From: Oligoflexales bacterium
GTDB lineage: Bacteria > Bdellovibrionota_B > Oligoflexia > Oligoflexales > RGVZ01
NCBI GenBank assembly: GCA_044236265.1
Contig: JBIIGV010000032.1
Span: forward strand, 1-25,925
Direction of reading: 5' to 3'
DNA length: 25,925 nucleotides
Shown here: one piece after another, positions 15,231 to 24,494 of the stretch
Numbering within the stretch: position 1 is the stretch's first letter
Layout: each line of letters starts with the position of its first letter
Notes under the pieces: model-generated
Seen by the model: the letters and a program-made list of their open reading frames with translations, nothing else
Told to the model about the DNA's origin: nothing
Database searches by the model: none
Position numbers and translations under genes: made by a program

Positions 15231-16952
15231 ATGGAAAAAATTCCGCTAAACATTCCACTAAGACGACAAATTCGCAATATGGGGCGCTTTGCTCAAATAG
15301 TGAATGTGTTCGCGCGACACGGTTATTGGACATTTTTGGAACGAATGGAAATGCGAAAGGTCTTGAGTGAGCGAGAGCTCGAAGAAGCCACTTCCATTTC
15401 ATCGAGTGCCGAGCCGATTGGGACCGGTGCTCACGCCAAGATCGAGGGCATACCCACACGCTTGCGAAAAGCCTTCGAGGAGCTTGGACCTGCATTCGTT
15501 AAATTAGGTCAAGTTCTGGCCGTGCGGGAAGACTTAATACCAAAAGAGATAACCGAGGAGCTACGCCGGTTACACAACAAGGTTGAAACCCTTCCTTATG
15601 ACGTGATCAAGTCTCGCCTGACTGAGGATTTAGGCCAAGCAAAAATGGCTAAATTCAAGTCAATCGATCCCCAGCCACTCGCCGCCGGAAGTATTGCGCA
15701 GGTGCATTCAGCAATCCTTCACGACGGGACCAAAGTGGTCGTCAAAATTCAAAGACCGGGGATCAAACAGCTGATTGAAACTGATCTTGATCTCATGCTC
15801 ACCATTGCGGAACTCATGGAGCGCTATATTCCAGAGAGCCGATTTCTTAGACCATCATCCATGGTTCAAGCCCTGGCGGATTCACTCATCAGTGAATTGG
15901 ACTTTATTCGCGAAGCTGGCAGCATGTCCAAAATGGCAGCAAACTTCAGCGATGTACCCCATGTTCACTTTCCTGAGGTGTTTTGGGAATTAACCACCTC
16001 TAAAATTCTCACGTTGTCTCACGTGGATGGTTTGCCTGCTGACGGTCGAGAGCAACTACTGGCAGCAGGGATTGATGTGTCACTCTTGATGCATCGCGGT
16101 ATGGGTATGTTTCTAAAAATGGTGTTTATTGACGGTTTTTTCCACGGTGATCTCCATCCTGGAAACATTCTCGCAATGAAAGACTCCGAAATTGGCCTTC
16201 TCGACTTCGGATCCGTGATTCGCCTGAGCGCTCGAGTCCGGGAGAATCTCGCAGGTCTACTGCTTTGCCTTGCAAAAGAAGACTTTGAGGGCATGGTCAA
16301 TCATTACCTTGAGATTGCAGATCCTGCTGCTAACTTCGATATTTTCAAATTTCAGCATGAAGTTGCCAATGCACTGTCACCATTTGTTGGTCTAAATCTC
16401 AAGCAAACCCAAAGCGGAGCCAGACTTTGGGATCTGGCACGTATCGCAGCCAAACACAACACACCATTCCCTCAGGATTTGATTGTCTTCGTAAAAAGTA
16501 TGTCTACGTTTGAGGGGGTTGGCATGAGGCTTGACCCCGACTTCGACATTATGGCGTTAGTTTCAGAATTTGCGGGCGACATCATGACGGAACTCTATTC
16601 ACCGAAGAAGTTCCAAGATCAAGCTCTTGCGATCGGTCGTGACGTCGCAAATCTTTTGCGACATGCTCCATTTCAAACAAGACGACTGCTCAACGCAGCC
16701 TTGGATGGGCAATTAAAAATCAACGTCAACACTCCAGATGTCCTTAGACTCACTCGGTCCATTGACCGCACGGGAAGCCGTCTATCAGTAGCCGTCATCC
16801 TCGGCGCTCTATTAATTGGATCATCGATACTAAGCTATGCTTCGGCATCTACGGAGGCAAAACTAGGCGTCGTCGGAACAGGGGGATTTGTGGTTGCCGG
16901 ATTGCTGGCAATTTATATTGTCGTGTCCATTATGCGTTCAGGTCGCTTTTAA
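15231..16952 (+). CDS. UbiB/ABC1/AarF family atypical kinase with two C-terminal TM helices
   Basis: LGPAFVKLGQ (KxGQ), PLAAGSIAQVH, VVVKIQRP, ELDFIREA, FFHGDLHPGN, LLDFG. Confidence 0.93.
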   Translation: MEKIPLNIPLRRQIRNMGRFAQIVNVFARHGYWTFLERMEMRKVLSERELEEATSISSSAEPIGTGAHAKIEGIPTRLRKAFEELGPAFVKLGQVLAVREDLIPKEITEELRRLHNKVETLPYDVIKSRLTEDLGQAKMAKFKSIDPQPLAAGSIAQVHSAILHDGTKVVVKIQRPGIKQLIETDLDLMLTIAELMERYIPESRFLRPSSMVQALADSLISELDFIREAGSMSKMAANFSDVPHVHFPEVFWELTTSKILTLSHVDGLPADGREQLLAAGIDVSLLMHRGMGMFLKMVFIDGFFHGDLHPGNILAMKDSEIGLLDFGSVIRLSARVRENLAGLLLCLAKEDFEGMVNHYLEIADPAANFDIFKFQHEVANALSPFVGLNLKQTQSGARLWDLARIAAKHNTPFPQDLIVFVKSMSTFEGVGMRLDPDFDIMALVSEFAGDIMTELYSPKKFQDQALAIGRDVANLLRHAPFQTRRLLNAALDGQLKINVNTPDVLRLTRSIDRTGSRLSVAVILGALLIGSSILSYASASTEAKLGVVGTGGFVVAGLLAIYIVVSIMRSGRF

Positions 16953-16962
16953 CAAAATCCGG

Positions 16963-18891
16963 TCAACGGTCGCGCCATAGAGGTATTCCAAAGTCAGCCT
17001 GCAGACTTTCTGCCACTTCAGCAAGCGGCAAACCAACGACGTTGGAAAATGATCCTCTCACTTCCTGCACCATAAAACTACCAAGACCCTGTGCCGCGTA
17101 GCCTCCGGCTTTATCAAATGGCTCGCCCGTTGCAATGTAACCATCCATCTCTTTTCCGGATAGTTTCTTTATAAGCACATCGGTTGCCACCGTAAATTCC
17201 TTGTGTTTTTGGATGCCTGAAGGGTTGACGGATGCAATTCTCACAGCCGTCAACACGGTATGCAGCCGACCGCTGAGTTGTGAGAGCATTCCTTTCGCAT
17301 CGGCCGGAGATAGTGGCTTTTCCAATATCTTGCCATCAATCACGACAATCGTATCGGCACTGATAACCACAATCCCCTGAGGATGGGACGCTGCTACTTG
17401 CTCACAAATCCACTCATTTTTTTCGTGCGCGTTACGCGCAACATAATCGGCAGCAGACTCGCCTTGACGAGGAGTTTCCTCGGTCATTGGTTTCATGACT
17501 GTAAAATTAAGACCAAGGTGACCTAGAAGTTCCCGGCGACGAGGCGACGAACTCCCAAGAATAATCGGACAGCGCACGACCGAAGACTGCACAGCATCCT
17601 CGTATTGAAGCACTGACTGTCCAATGTCACTACGCCATTGGGCCTGGGGCCACAGCCCACTAATTTTCCCGATCCGACCTAAAGCCTTATCTTTTGCCGC
17701 ATTAAAGGTTTGTCCAGACGCTGCAATCAAAAAAACTCGTCCACTCCCCGTCTTAATCCCCGATGACGCCGACTTTACGCTTGCGCAAAACACCATCGCT
17801 CCATCGGACGTATCTTCGATCAGATCCAAAGGTAATACTTGATCGACATCTGGCTGTTCACCGAAGGGATACCCGCTTGATGCCATCACATAACCAATGA
17901 CAGGCAAGGGTGATTGATAATGCGTCTCTCGTTTGGTAACTGTACCGACTTTGGCCGCCATGATCGGCAACCAATCCGTACGGTCCGACAGTGCTAGAAC
18001 TTGCGCTTCGGGGTCACCTAAGCGGACGTTGAATTCAACAACTGACGGCCCTTTGTCCGACCACATAAGTCCGACATAAAGGCATCCAGTGTATTCAATT
18101 CCATTTTTCGAAAGAGTCTTTAGTAATGGCTCCACAATCAGCGAATCAACCTGCTCGGCTGCGTCTCCAGGTAACCACGGCACCGGAGTGTAACACCCCA
18201 TGCCGCCTGTGTTAGGTCCCTTGTCTCCGGCACGAAGACGCTTATGATCAACTGCAAAGCCGATGCGCGAAACGCCGCCCTTACCCAAGAAACAAAAAAA
18301 GCTGACCTCGCGCCCAAATAACATTTCCTCAACAACGATTTGATCTGATGCCGCCCTCATCGTTGGTTCAAATAAACGGTTGAGCCCTTTGTTAACGTCA
18401 TCTTCATTGTGACAGACGAAAACACCCTTGCCGCTGGCAAGTCCACTCGCCTTCAACACCACACCGCCATCACGATTTAAAATTTGTATCGCGCGGTCGT
18501 AACACTCGTCTTTAGATGCAGCGACTTCAAACGCAGCGGTCGGGATACCCGCCTCCATCATGATGCGCTTAGCGAAGACTTTGGAGCTTTCTAATTGGGC
18601 CGCCTTTTGTGTCGGTCCAAAAACCTTTAGTCCTCGAGCCGTTAAAATATCGGCGATTCCGGACGATAAAGGTCCCTCGGGGCCCACGACGACCAAGTCG
18701 ATCTTAGCCTCGAGAGCCGACGCAGCTAAATGCTCATAATTTGCATTTTCTGGAAGATCTAGGCGCTTACCCACACGCTGGCTACAGATATTGCCAGGCC
18801 AAACATAGAGCTCTTGGCAAAGGGGCGATTGCCTCAGCTTCCAAGCCAAAGCATGCTCGCGACCACCAGAACCAATGACCAGGACTCGCAT
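16963..18891 (-). CDS. purD: Fusion of phosphoribosylamine-glycine ligase PurD (about aa 1-430) and a Maf/YhdE-type nucleoside triphosphate pyrophosphatase (about aa 440-642)
   Basis: PurD: VIGSGGREHAL, VVGPEGPL, QLESSKVFAK, KASGLASGKGV, DHKR, GPNTGGMG, EFNVRLGDPE, SGRV, RSDIG. Maf: ILGSSSPRRRELL, SADTIV, ILEKP, LSGRLH, GEPFDKAGGY, NVVGLP. No stop codon between them. Confidence 0.93.
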   Translation of the reverse strand: MRVLVIGSGGREHALAWKLRQSPLCQELYVWPGNICSQRVGKRLDLPENANYEHLAASALEAKIDLVVVGPEGPLSSGIADILTARGLKVFGPTQKAAQLESSKVFAKRIMMEAGIPTAAFEVAASKDECYDRAIQILNRDGGVVLKASGLASGKGVFVCHNEDDVNKGLNRLFEPTMRAASDQIVVEEMLFGREVSFFCFLGKGGVSRIGFAVDHKRLRAGDKGPNTGGMGCYTPVPWLPGDAAEQVDSLIVEPLLKTLSKNGIEYTGCLYVGLMWSDKGPSVVEFNVRLGDPEAQVLALSDRTDWLPIMAAKVGTVTKRETHYQSPLPVIGYVMASSGYPFGEQPDVDQVLPLDLIEDTSDGAMVFCASVKSASSGIKTGSGRVFLIAASGQTFNAAKDKALGRIGKISGLWPQAQWRSDIGQSVLQYEDAVQSSVVRCPIILGSSSPRRRELLGHLGLNFTVMKPMTEETPRQGESAADYVARNAHEKNEWICEQVAASHPQGIVVISADTIVVIDGKILEKPLSPADAKGMLSQLSGRLHTVLTAVRIASVNPSGIQKHKEFTVATDVLIKKLSGKEMDGYIATGEPFDKAGGYAAQGLGSFMVQEVRGSFSNVVGLPLAEVAESLQADFGIPLWRDR

Positions 18892-18941
18892 GGTATCTCA
18901 CCTAACAAGAAGTTTGCGCCAAGCTACCCACAGACACGGCT

Positions 18942-18970
18942 GAAATAGCTGTAACGACTGAGAAAGTCAA
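18942..18970 (-). promoter_or_regulatory. Candidate sigma70-type promoter for purD-maf
   Basis: Minus strand TTGACT-N17-TATTTC, about 50 bp upstream of the ATG, which has an AGGTGA RBS. Confidence 0.35.
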
Positions 18971-19041
18971 CGCGTTCGCTGCTTATTAACAGTCTTCATG
19001 ATAGATTTATTTCCGAATGTTTTCACCAAGGATTAATCACG

Positions 19042-19320
19042 ATGCCTATCTATAGCTACCGTTGTTCAACTTGTGACCAGACCTTCGATATTCAGCATAA
19101 AATGGCCGAATCACCACCCAAGCAAGGACCCGGCTGTTCAAAGTCTTCCTGTAGCTTGTCCAAGCAAATTGTCCCTGTGGCAGCCGTAGTGAAGAGCCCT
19201 AGCCCATTTGTCTCAAAATCCGGTCAAACAGCACCCGTCGGACCATCAGATCGGCCTCTTGGTGGGCAAGAAGAAAAACCGCACCAATGCGGTAGCGGAT
19301 GTGCTATGCATAAGCATTAA
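19042..19320 (+). CDS. FmdB family zinc-ribbon protein
   Basis: MPIYSYRCSTCDQTF start typical of the family, second Cys pair CSKSSC, C-terminal HQCGSGC; AAGGA RBS; TGaTAGATT extended -10-like element at 18999-19007. Confidence 0.85.
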   Translation: MPIYSYRCSTCDQTFDIQHKMAESPPKQGPGCSKSSCSLSKQIVPVAAVVKSPSPFVSKSGQTAPVGPSDRPLGGQEEKPHQCGSGCAMHKH

Positions 19321-19361
19321 GCGTATTTGAATTTGACCATTCTCTTTGTGGGTTTAATGAC

Positions 19362-20405
19362 ATGAGCGCAAGTATTCGATCACTTATCAAGTCCGGCACT
19401 CGTCTTTGGCTGGATAGCGTCGATCCGACGCTAGTGTCCTCTAATTTTGCCATGGGTGCTACGGGTGCCACCAGTAATCCCATCATCATCGCGGACTTGA
19501 TAAAAACAGGTCGCTTTGATGAGAAGCTACTAAGTCTTACTAAATCAGGTCACAACCCAGAGACCGCTGCTTGGCTCATGACCGACTATCTTGTTAGCGA
19601 GGCTGAAACAGTGTTTCGCCCAATCTTCAATTCCACAAAGGGCGATGACGGATACGTAAGCTTTGAGCTCGACCCTCTCCTTGAAGACTCGTCAAATCCG
19701 ATGTCCGTCGAACAACGCGCCAAAAAATACGTTGAACTAGGTATCGCTTGGTCGAAAAACCATCCGAACCGCATGATCAAGGTACCTGCAACTCCAGCCG
19801 GATTAGCATCGTTGGAGCAACTAGCCGCGGCATCGATACCGCTAAACGTGACCCTGATATTTTCGAAGCGCCAGTATGAACAAGCACGAGATGCCGTGTG
19901 GAGAGGCGCGCAAAGACGCCCGAGCATGGAAACATTTAAAAGCGTCTATAGTATTTTTGTCTCAAGAATCGATGTCTATACCGCGGCAAAATATTCAGAC
20001 TTAACCCAAGAAGCACAAGGACTAGCTGGCATCTTAAATGCGAAGCTTCTCTGGTTGGAAAACCAGAAGTTCTGGTCGGGAAAGAACACTCCTCTGCGTC
20101 AGGAAATCATTTTTGCCAGCACAGGAACCAAAAGCCCATCAGATAAGCCATGGAAGTACGTCGCAGCTCTAGCAGGTAGTGATATTCAAACGAACCCTCC
20201 TCAGACCAATGACGCTGTTGCCAAAAGCACCGAAACATTTTCACGAACAATCGATACGTTACCGCCCAAACAAGTTGTTGATGAACTTCTGACAAAGATT
20301 GACTGGAACCAATTGGAAGTAGATCTGATGCGCGACGGTCTTGCAAAATTTGCAGATCCTCATAAAGCACTTTTAAACCTTGTGGCCACAAAAACGAACC
20401 AATAG
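19362..20405 (+). CDS. tal: Transaldolase family protein
   Basis: LWLDS, GATSNP, GYVSFELDP, MIKVPAT (Schiff-base Lys), NVTLIFS, SIFVSRID, FASTGTK. Confidence 0.92.
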   Translation: MSASIRSLIKSGTRLWLDSVDPTLVSSNFAMGATGATSNPIIIADLIKTGRFDEKLLSLTKSGHNPETAAWLMTDYLVSEAETVFRPIFNSTKGDDGYVSFELDPLLEDSSNPMSVEQRAKKYVELGIAWSKNHPNRMIKVPATPAGLASLEQLAAASIPLNVTLIFSKRQYEQARDAVWRGAQRRPSMETFKSVYSIFVSRIDVYTAAKYSDLTQEAQGLAGILNAKLLWLENQKFWSGKNTPLRQEIIFASTGTKSPSDKPWKYVAALAGSDIQTNPPQTNDAVAKSTETFSRTIDTLPPKQVVDELLTKIDWNQLEVDLMRDGLAKFADPHKALLNLVATKTNQ

Positions 20406-20414
20406 GCGCGGGGT

Positions 20415-21203
20415 ATGACTCACCAAATCTCAAATGTGGGAATTGTTGGTCTTGGCGCATTGGGTCGAGCGCTCGAAACATTTGTAGCCCCCCTTTATCA
20501 GTCACCTCCGGGCGCGGTTTTGTTTTGCACCAAAGCGTTTGATCTCGAAGCTGCATTAGAAGAGCAAGCAAATCATTGGCCCATCGAAGTACCATTTGTT
20601 GTCATGTGCAATGGTTACGTATGGCCAATTGTTGAGAGACAGGCTCGGAATCTGAATGGTCGACCCGTCAGGATTGGTATGACCACCATTGGCAGCACAA
20701 TTGATGAGAGTGGAGATTTAAAGATTTTTTCCAAGGATACGATCACAGCGTGGGGACCGTGGGGAAACTCTCAAAATAAACCCACTAAAACCGAACTAGA
20801 CGTCCTTCGAGCATTTCCCAACTCATCTTGGCATGATGACATCAGACCAATTATTCGTCAGAAGTGGATATTGAACGTGGTCATTAATACACTCGGAGGC
20901 GCTTATCGTTTGCCGAGCAATAGTCATGTGCAAGCCCACAGGGACGAGGCTGAGATGCTGCTGAAAGAGGCTCTGGACCTTTCTCAAAAATTGTTCCCAG
21001 GAGTGTCAAGCCCCATCACGCTTGACGAAATGCGTGAAAAACTCTGGAGCCTTGTTAAAGCCACGGGCGGCAATGAAAACAGCATGGCAAAAGATGTCCG
21101 TTTAAAAAAACTCACTGAAAGTGAGTTTCTCGCAGGAATTGCTCTTGATTTCGACGACTTCCCAACCATGAAACGCCTGCACCTAAAAATCATCAAAGGT
21201 TAG
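20415..21203 (+). CDS. Ketopantoate reductase (PanE/ApbA)-like protein with a shortened N-terminal domain
   Basis: GLGALG (GxGxxG), FCTKAFD, MCNG, QKWILNVVIN and NENSMAKD...TESEFLAG match PanE motifs; only 262 aa. Confidence 0.72.
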   Translation: MTHQISNVGIVGLGALGRALETFVAPLYQSPPGAVLFCTKAFDLEAALEEQANHWPIEVPFVVMCNGYVWPIVERQARNLNGRPVRIGMTTIGSTIDESGDLKIFSKDTITAWGPWGNSQNKPTKTELDVLRAFPNSSWHDDIRPIIRQKWILNVVINTLGGAYRLPSNSHVQAHRDEAEMLLKEALDLSQKLFPGVSSPITLDEMREKLWSLVKATGGNENSMAKDVRLKKLTESEFLAGIALDFDDFPTMKRLHLKIIKG

Positions 21204-21228
21204 ACACCAAGACCATCTCCTGTATAAT
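21201..21228 (+). promoter_or_regulatory. Candidate sigma70-type promoter for the TonB-dependent receptor
   Basis: TAGACA-N16-TATAAT (perfect -10); GGAG RBS before ATG 21269. Confidence 0.45.
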
Positions 21229-21268
21229 TCATGTAAGTCGTTCAACATGGTTTTAAACGGAGCGTGGT

Positions 21269-23437
21269 ATGAGGTCTTCTCATCTTTTTTTGTGTGCAAT
21301 TTTAGCTGCTACCAATTCTTTGGCCGAAGAAACCACGATAGAAATACCGACAGATATTTCCGGTGGATTTGGTCTAGCCCCATCTGAAGCCAAGCCAGAT
21401 GAAGTGTTGGAACTCTCGGTTACTGCGACCAGAAGCCCTCTTGATGCAAAGAAGATCCCTCAGAGTATTAAAACGATTCCACAGACTGAGATGATCTCAA
21501 AAAGACAATCTGCAACTGTCCCCGACGCACTCCGCCAAGAATCAGGGATCTTGTTACAAAAGACGTCTCAAGGCCAAGGCTCACCCTTTATTCGCGGCTT
21601 CACTGGCTTTCGCAATCTGCTGCTGATTGACGGCGTTCGATTTAACAACTCCGTTATGCGCGATGGCCCAAACCAGTATTGGAACACCGTTGACCTCTTC
21701 AGTATTGACCGTTTAGACGTGCTCAAAGGTCCATCCTCGGTTTTGTACGGATCCGACGCGATCGGTGGTACCATCAACGTCCTCACTCCAGACCTACTGG
21801 CGAAAGCCGATGCAAATCCCGTAAATGGCCGACTGCTGTATCGTTACGGAAGCGCTGACTCCAGTCGCATCCAGCGTGTTCAAGTCACCGGTCGATCGGG
21901 CAAAGACTTTGGCATCTCGCTTGGCGGTACAAAAAAGGTATTTGGTGATGTGCGAGCTGGAGCGAAAACTGGCCTTCAACCAAAAACCGGTTATGAAGAA
22001 CTCGCGTTTGACGTTAAAGCCCAAGGCAATATTGGCGTCAAAGATAAAGTTACTCTTGTCTGGAGAAAAGGAGAGCAGGATGACATCTGGAGAACTCACT
22101 CCACTATTTTCGGGAAGAGTTTCCGCGGTGCAAAAGTGGGCTCTGACCTAAAGCGTTCCCTTGACCAGGAAACCGAGCTGGCCTATGCGAAGCACAAGCA
22201 CACTTTTGAGTCAGGTTTTTTAACTAATGTGGAAACGATTCTATCCTATCAGCGCCAAGCGGAGACCGAAACGCGCATCTCATCCAATTCCACCAAAACC
22301 GAACAAGGCTTCATCGTTCACACGCCAGGAGCCTCCGTTCAAATGCAATCTTTTGGGGAGACCGGACTTTGGACATTTGGCGTCGAGTCATATCGAGACC
22401 TGGTTGACTCAGAAAAACTGAACTACAACAAGGACGGCTCATTTAAATCAAAGTCAATTCAAGGACCAATCGGAGATAATTCAACGTACGAAAGTCTAGG
22501 CATTTATGTGCAAAATCAATATTCGGTAACAAACTCCTTAGCACTTACCACAGGCCTTCGCCAAAACTCAAACAAAGCTAAAGTCGATCGTTACGAAGAT
22601 CCAGCAACCAAGGCAGCAACAACTTTAAGTCGAGATTACTCTGCAACAGTGGGCACGATCAAAGGTGCTTACGATGTCGCTCCCGCTATTGGTGGTAAAC
22701 TTTTTGCAGGGGTCTCGCAAGGGTTTCGTGCACCAAACTTATCTGATCTCACAAGATTTGATATTGCCAGATCCAGTGAGTTGGAACTTCCAGCGCCGGA
22801 CTTAAAGCCAGAACGATATCTTTCCTACGAATTGGGCTCGAAGATCGGCGACGTCAATAATTGGATGGCTGAAATCTGGCTATTCAAAACCAATATCGAA
22901 AACATGATCATTCGCACCCCGACTGGCGATATCAACTCCGACGGATCCAGAACAGTCACCAAGAAAAATGCTGGCAAAGGTTATGTTCAAGGAGTCGAGC
23001 TCGATAGCTTCTATCGATTCTCTCCAAATATTGTTGGTGGAGGAAACTACACCTTTCAGTGGGGTGAACTCGAAGCCTACCCGACCTCGACCATCGAAAA
23101 GAAAAAAGAACCTATGAGTCGGGTCATGCCCGCGACTCTAAATCTGAATGCTCGCTATGAGTGGTCTGAACGCACAAATTGGGTAGAGGGTCTGTATACG
23201 CTCGTTAGACGCCAGGACAGGCTCTCAGCTTCTGACCGACTAGACGACCAACGCATACCTCCAGGCGGAAGTGCTGGCTACAAGACCTACAGTCTCCGCG
23301 CAGGAACAATCATGGCGAAGGATACGCGCATTACACTTGCTTTGGACAATATCCTCAATGAGGACTACCGTGTCCTCGGTTCAGGCGTGAATGAACCAGG
23401 ACGCAGCTTCATAGCAACCCTTGATATTTGGCTCTAA
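21269..23437 (+). CDS. TonB-dependent outer-membrane receptor, substrate unknown
   Basis: Signal peptide; TonB-box-like ELSVTATR; plug motifs PFIRGF, LLLIDGVR, IDRLDVLKGPSSVLYGSDAIGGTINV; barrel motifs QGFRAPNL, LKPE, QGVEL, DNILNEDY, PGRSF. Confidence 0.95.
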   Translation: MRSSHLFLCAILAATNSLAEETTIEIPTDISGGFGLAPSEAKPDEVLELSVTATRSPLDAKKIPQSIKTIPQTEMISKRQSATVPDALRQESGILLQKTSQGQGSPFIRGFTGFRNLLLIDGVRFNNSVMRDGPNQYWNTVDLFSIDRLDVLKGPSSVLYGSDAIGGTINVLTPDLLAKADANPVNGRLLYRYGSADSSRIQRVQVTGRSGKDFGISLGGTKKVFGDVRAGAKTGLQPKTGYEELAFDVKAQGNIGVKDKVTLVWRKGEQDDIWRTHSTIFGKSFRGAKVGSDLKRSLDQETELAYAKHKHTFESGFLTNVETILSYQRQAETETRISSNSTKTEQGFIVHTPGASVQMQSFGETGLWTFGVESYRDLVDSEKLNYNKDGSFKSKSIQGPIGDNSTYESLGIYVQNQYSVTNSLALTTGLRQNSNKAKVDRYEDPATKAATTLSRDYSATVGTIKGAYDVAPAIGGKLFAGVSQGFRAPNLSDLTRFDIARSSELELPAPDLKPERYLSYELGSKIGDVNNWMAEIWLFKTNIENMIIRTPTGDINSDGSRTVTKKNAGKGYVQGVELDSFYRFSPNIVGGGNYTFQWGELEAYPTSTIEKKKEPMSRVMPATLNLNARYEWSERTNWVEGLYTLVRRQDRLSASDRLDDQRIPPGGSAGYKTYSLRAGTIMAKDTRITLALDNILNEDYRVLGSGVNEPGRSFIATLDIWL

Positions 23438-23502
23438 TAAGTTCGCCTTTAAAGTGCACGCTCTCGGTTGAATGGCTGTCAGATCAAAATTAACGCAATA
23501 CG

Positions 23503-23511
23503 TGTTATAAT
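23503..23511 (+). promoter_or_regulatory. Extended -10 promoter element for the phospholipid cassette
   Basis: TGtTATAAT, a perfect TGnTATAAT, 33 bp before ATG 23545 (AGGA RBS); no good -35. Confidence 0.5.
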
Positions 23512-23544
23512 GACCTGTATCTATTCACATTTAGGATTGTACCC

Positions 23545-24480
23545 ATGACCACTCTCCATCCACATGTTCAGAACATTCTGGGCGGTATCGTCGCTATTTT
23601 GATATTGGCAACGATCGTTACCGGCTTGCTCCGGCACTTTAAGCCAACTGGCAAATACGAAGAGTTGGTTCTGCGGATAAAAACTTGGTGGATCATCGTC
23701 GGGATTTTTGCAGTCGCAATGTCGGCTCCAACTAATTACGCGGTAGCATTCTTTGGCTTTGTCAGTTTTCTGGCTTTAAAAGAATATTTTTCCATGATCC
23801 CCACACGCAGAGCCGATCGTCGCGTGATTTTCTGGGCTTATCTCAGCATCATCGCTCAATACTATTGGGTTGGAACATCGTGGTACGGACTATTTATTAT
23901 TTTCATCCCAGTCTATATGTTCCTGTTCATCCCGATGCGCGTCATTCTGATTGGGGAAACCAAAGGATATCTCCAAGCAATTGGAACCATCCACTGGGGG
24001 CTGATGACCACTGTTTTCTGTCTAAGCCACATTGCTTACCTCCTCGTATTACCAAATGAAAAAAACCCAAATGGCGGAGGTGTGGGCCTCGTCCTTTTTG
24101 TGACGTTTTTGACCCAATTTAATGATGTTGCTCAATACATTTGGGGAAAGTCATTTGGCAAACACAAGGTCGTCCCAACAGTCAGCCCGAACAAGACTTA
24201 TCAGGGGCTCATTGGAGGCGTCTTAACGACAACAGTGATTTCGTACTTTCTAGGGCCCTACCTTACCCCGATGAACATTCGGGAATCCTGTACCGCTGGG
24301 CTTATGATTGGACTGTTTGGTTTCGTTGGCGATGTCACGATTTCCGCCCTGAAGCGTGACGTAGGCCTAAAAGATAGCGGACAGCTCCTGCCGGGTCATG
24401 GAGGCATTCTAGACCGCATTGACAGCCTCTACTTCACGGTCCCCCTCTTCTTTCACTATATTTACTTCTTGAAGTATTAA
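23545..24480 (+). CDS. Phosphatidate cytidylyltransferase, YnbB-like CdsA paralogue
   Basis: Multi-TM; RIKTWW, SFLALKEY, NDVAQYIWGKSFGKHK, SPNKTYQG, GDVTISALKRDVGLKDSGQLLPGHGGILDRIDSL. Confidence 0.93.
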   Translation: MTTLHPHVQNILGGIVAILILATIVTGLLRHFKPTGKYEELVLRIKTWWIIVGIFAVAMSAPTNYAVAFFGFVSFLALKEYFSMIPTRRADRRVIFWAYLSIIAQYYWVGTSWYGLFIIFIPVYMFLFIPMRVILIGETKGYLQAIGTIHWGLMTTVFCLSHIAYLLVLPNEKNPNGGGVGLVLFVTFLTQFNDVAQYIWGKSFGKHKVVPTVSPNKTYQGLIGGVLTTTVISYFLGPYLTPMNIRESCTAGLMIGLFGFVGDVTISALKRDVGLKDSGQLLPGHGGILDRIDSLYFTVPLFFHYIYFLKY

Positions 24481-24494
24481 TACGAGCTCGACCT

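Noticed and set aside
15231..16952. Naming the kinase ubiB (ubiquinone biosynthesis)
   Set aside because: No ubiE or ubiJ neighbours and the family has many paralogues, so only a family-level call is supported.
18892..19041. Purine or ZTP riboswitch, or PurR box, upstream of purD
   Set aside because: No recognisable aptamer, expression platform or PurR palindrome; the predicted leader is only about 45 nt.
20107..20595. 162-aa antisense ORF spanning tal and the panE-like gene
   Set aside because: Overlaps two supported genes on the other strand and has no motif.
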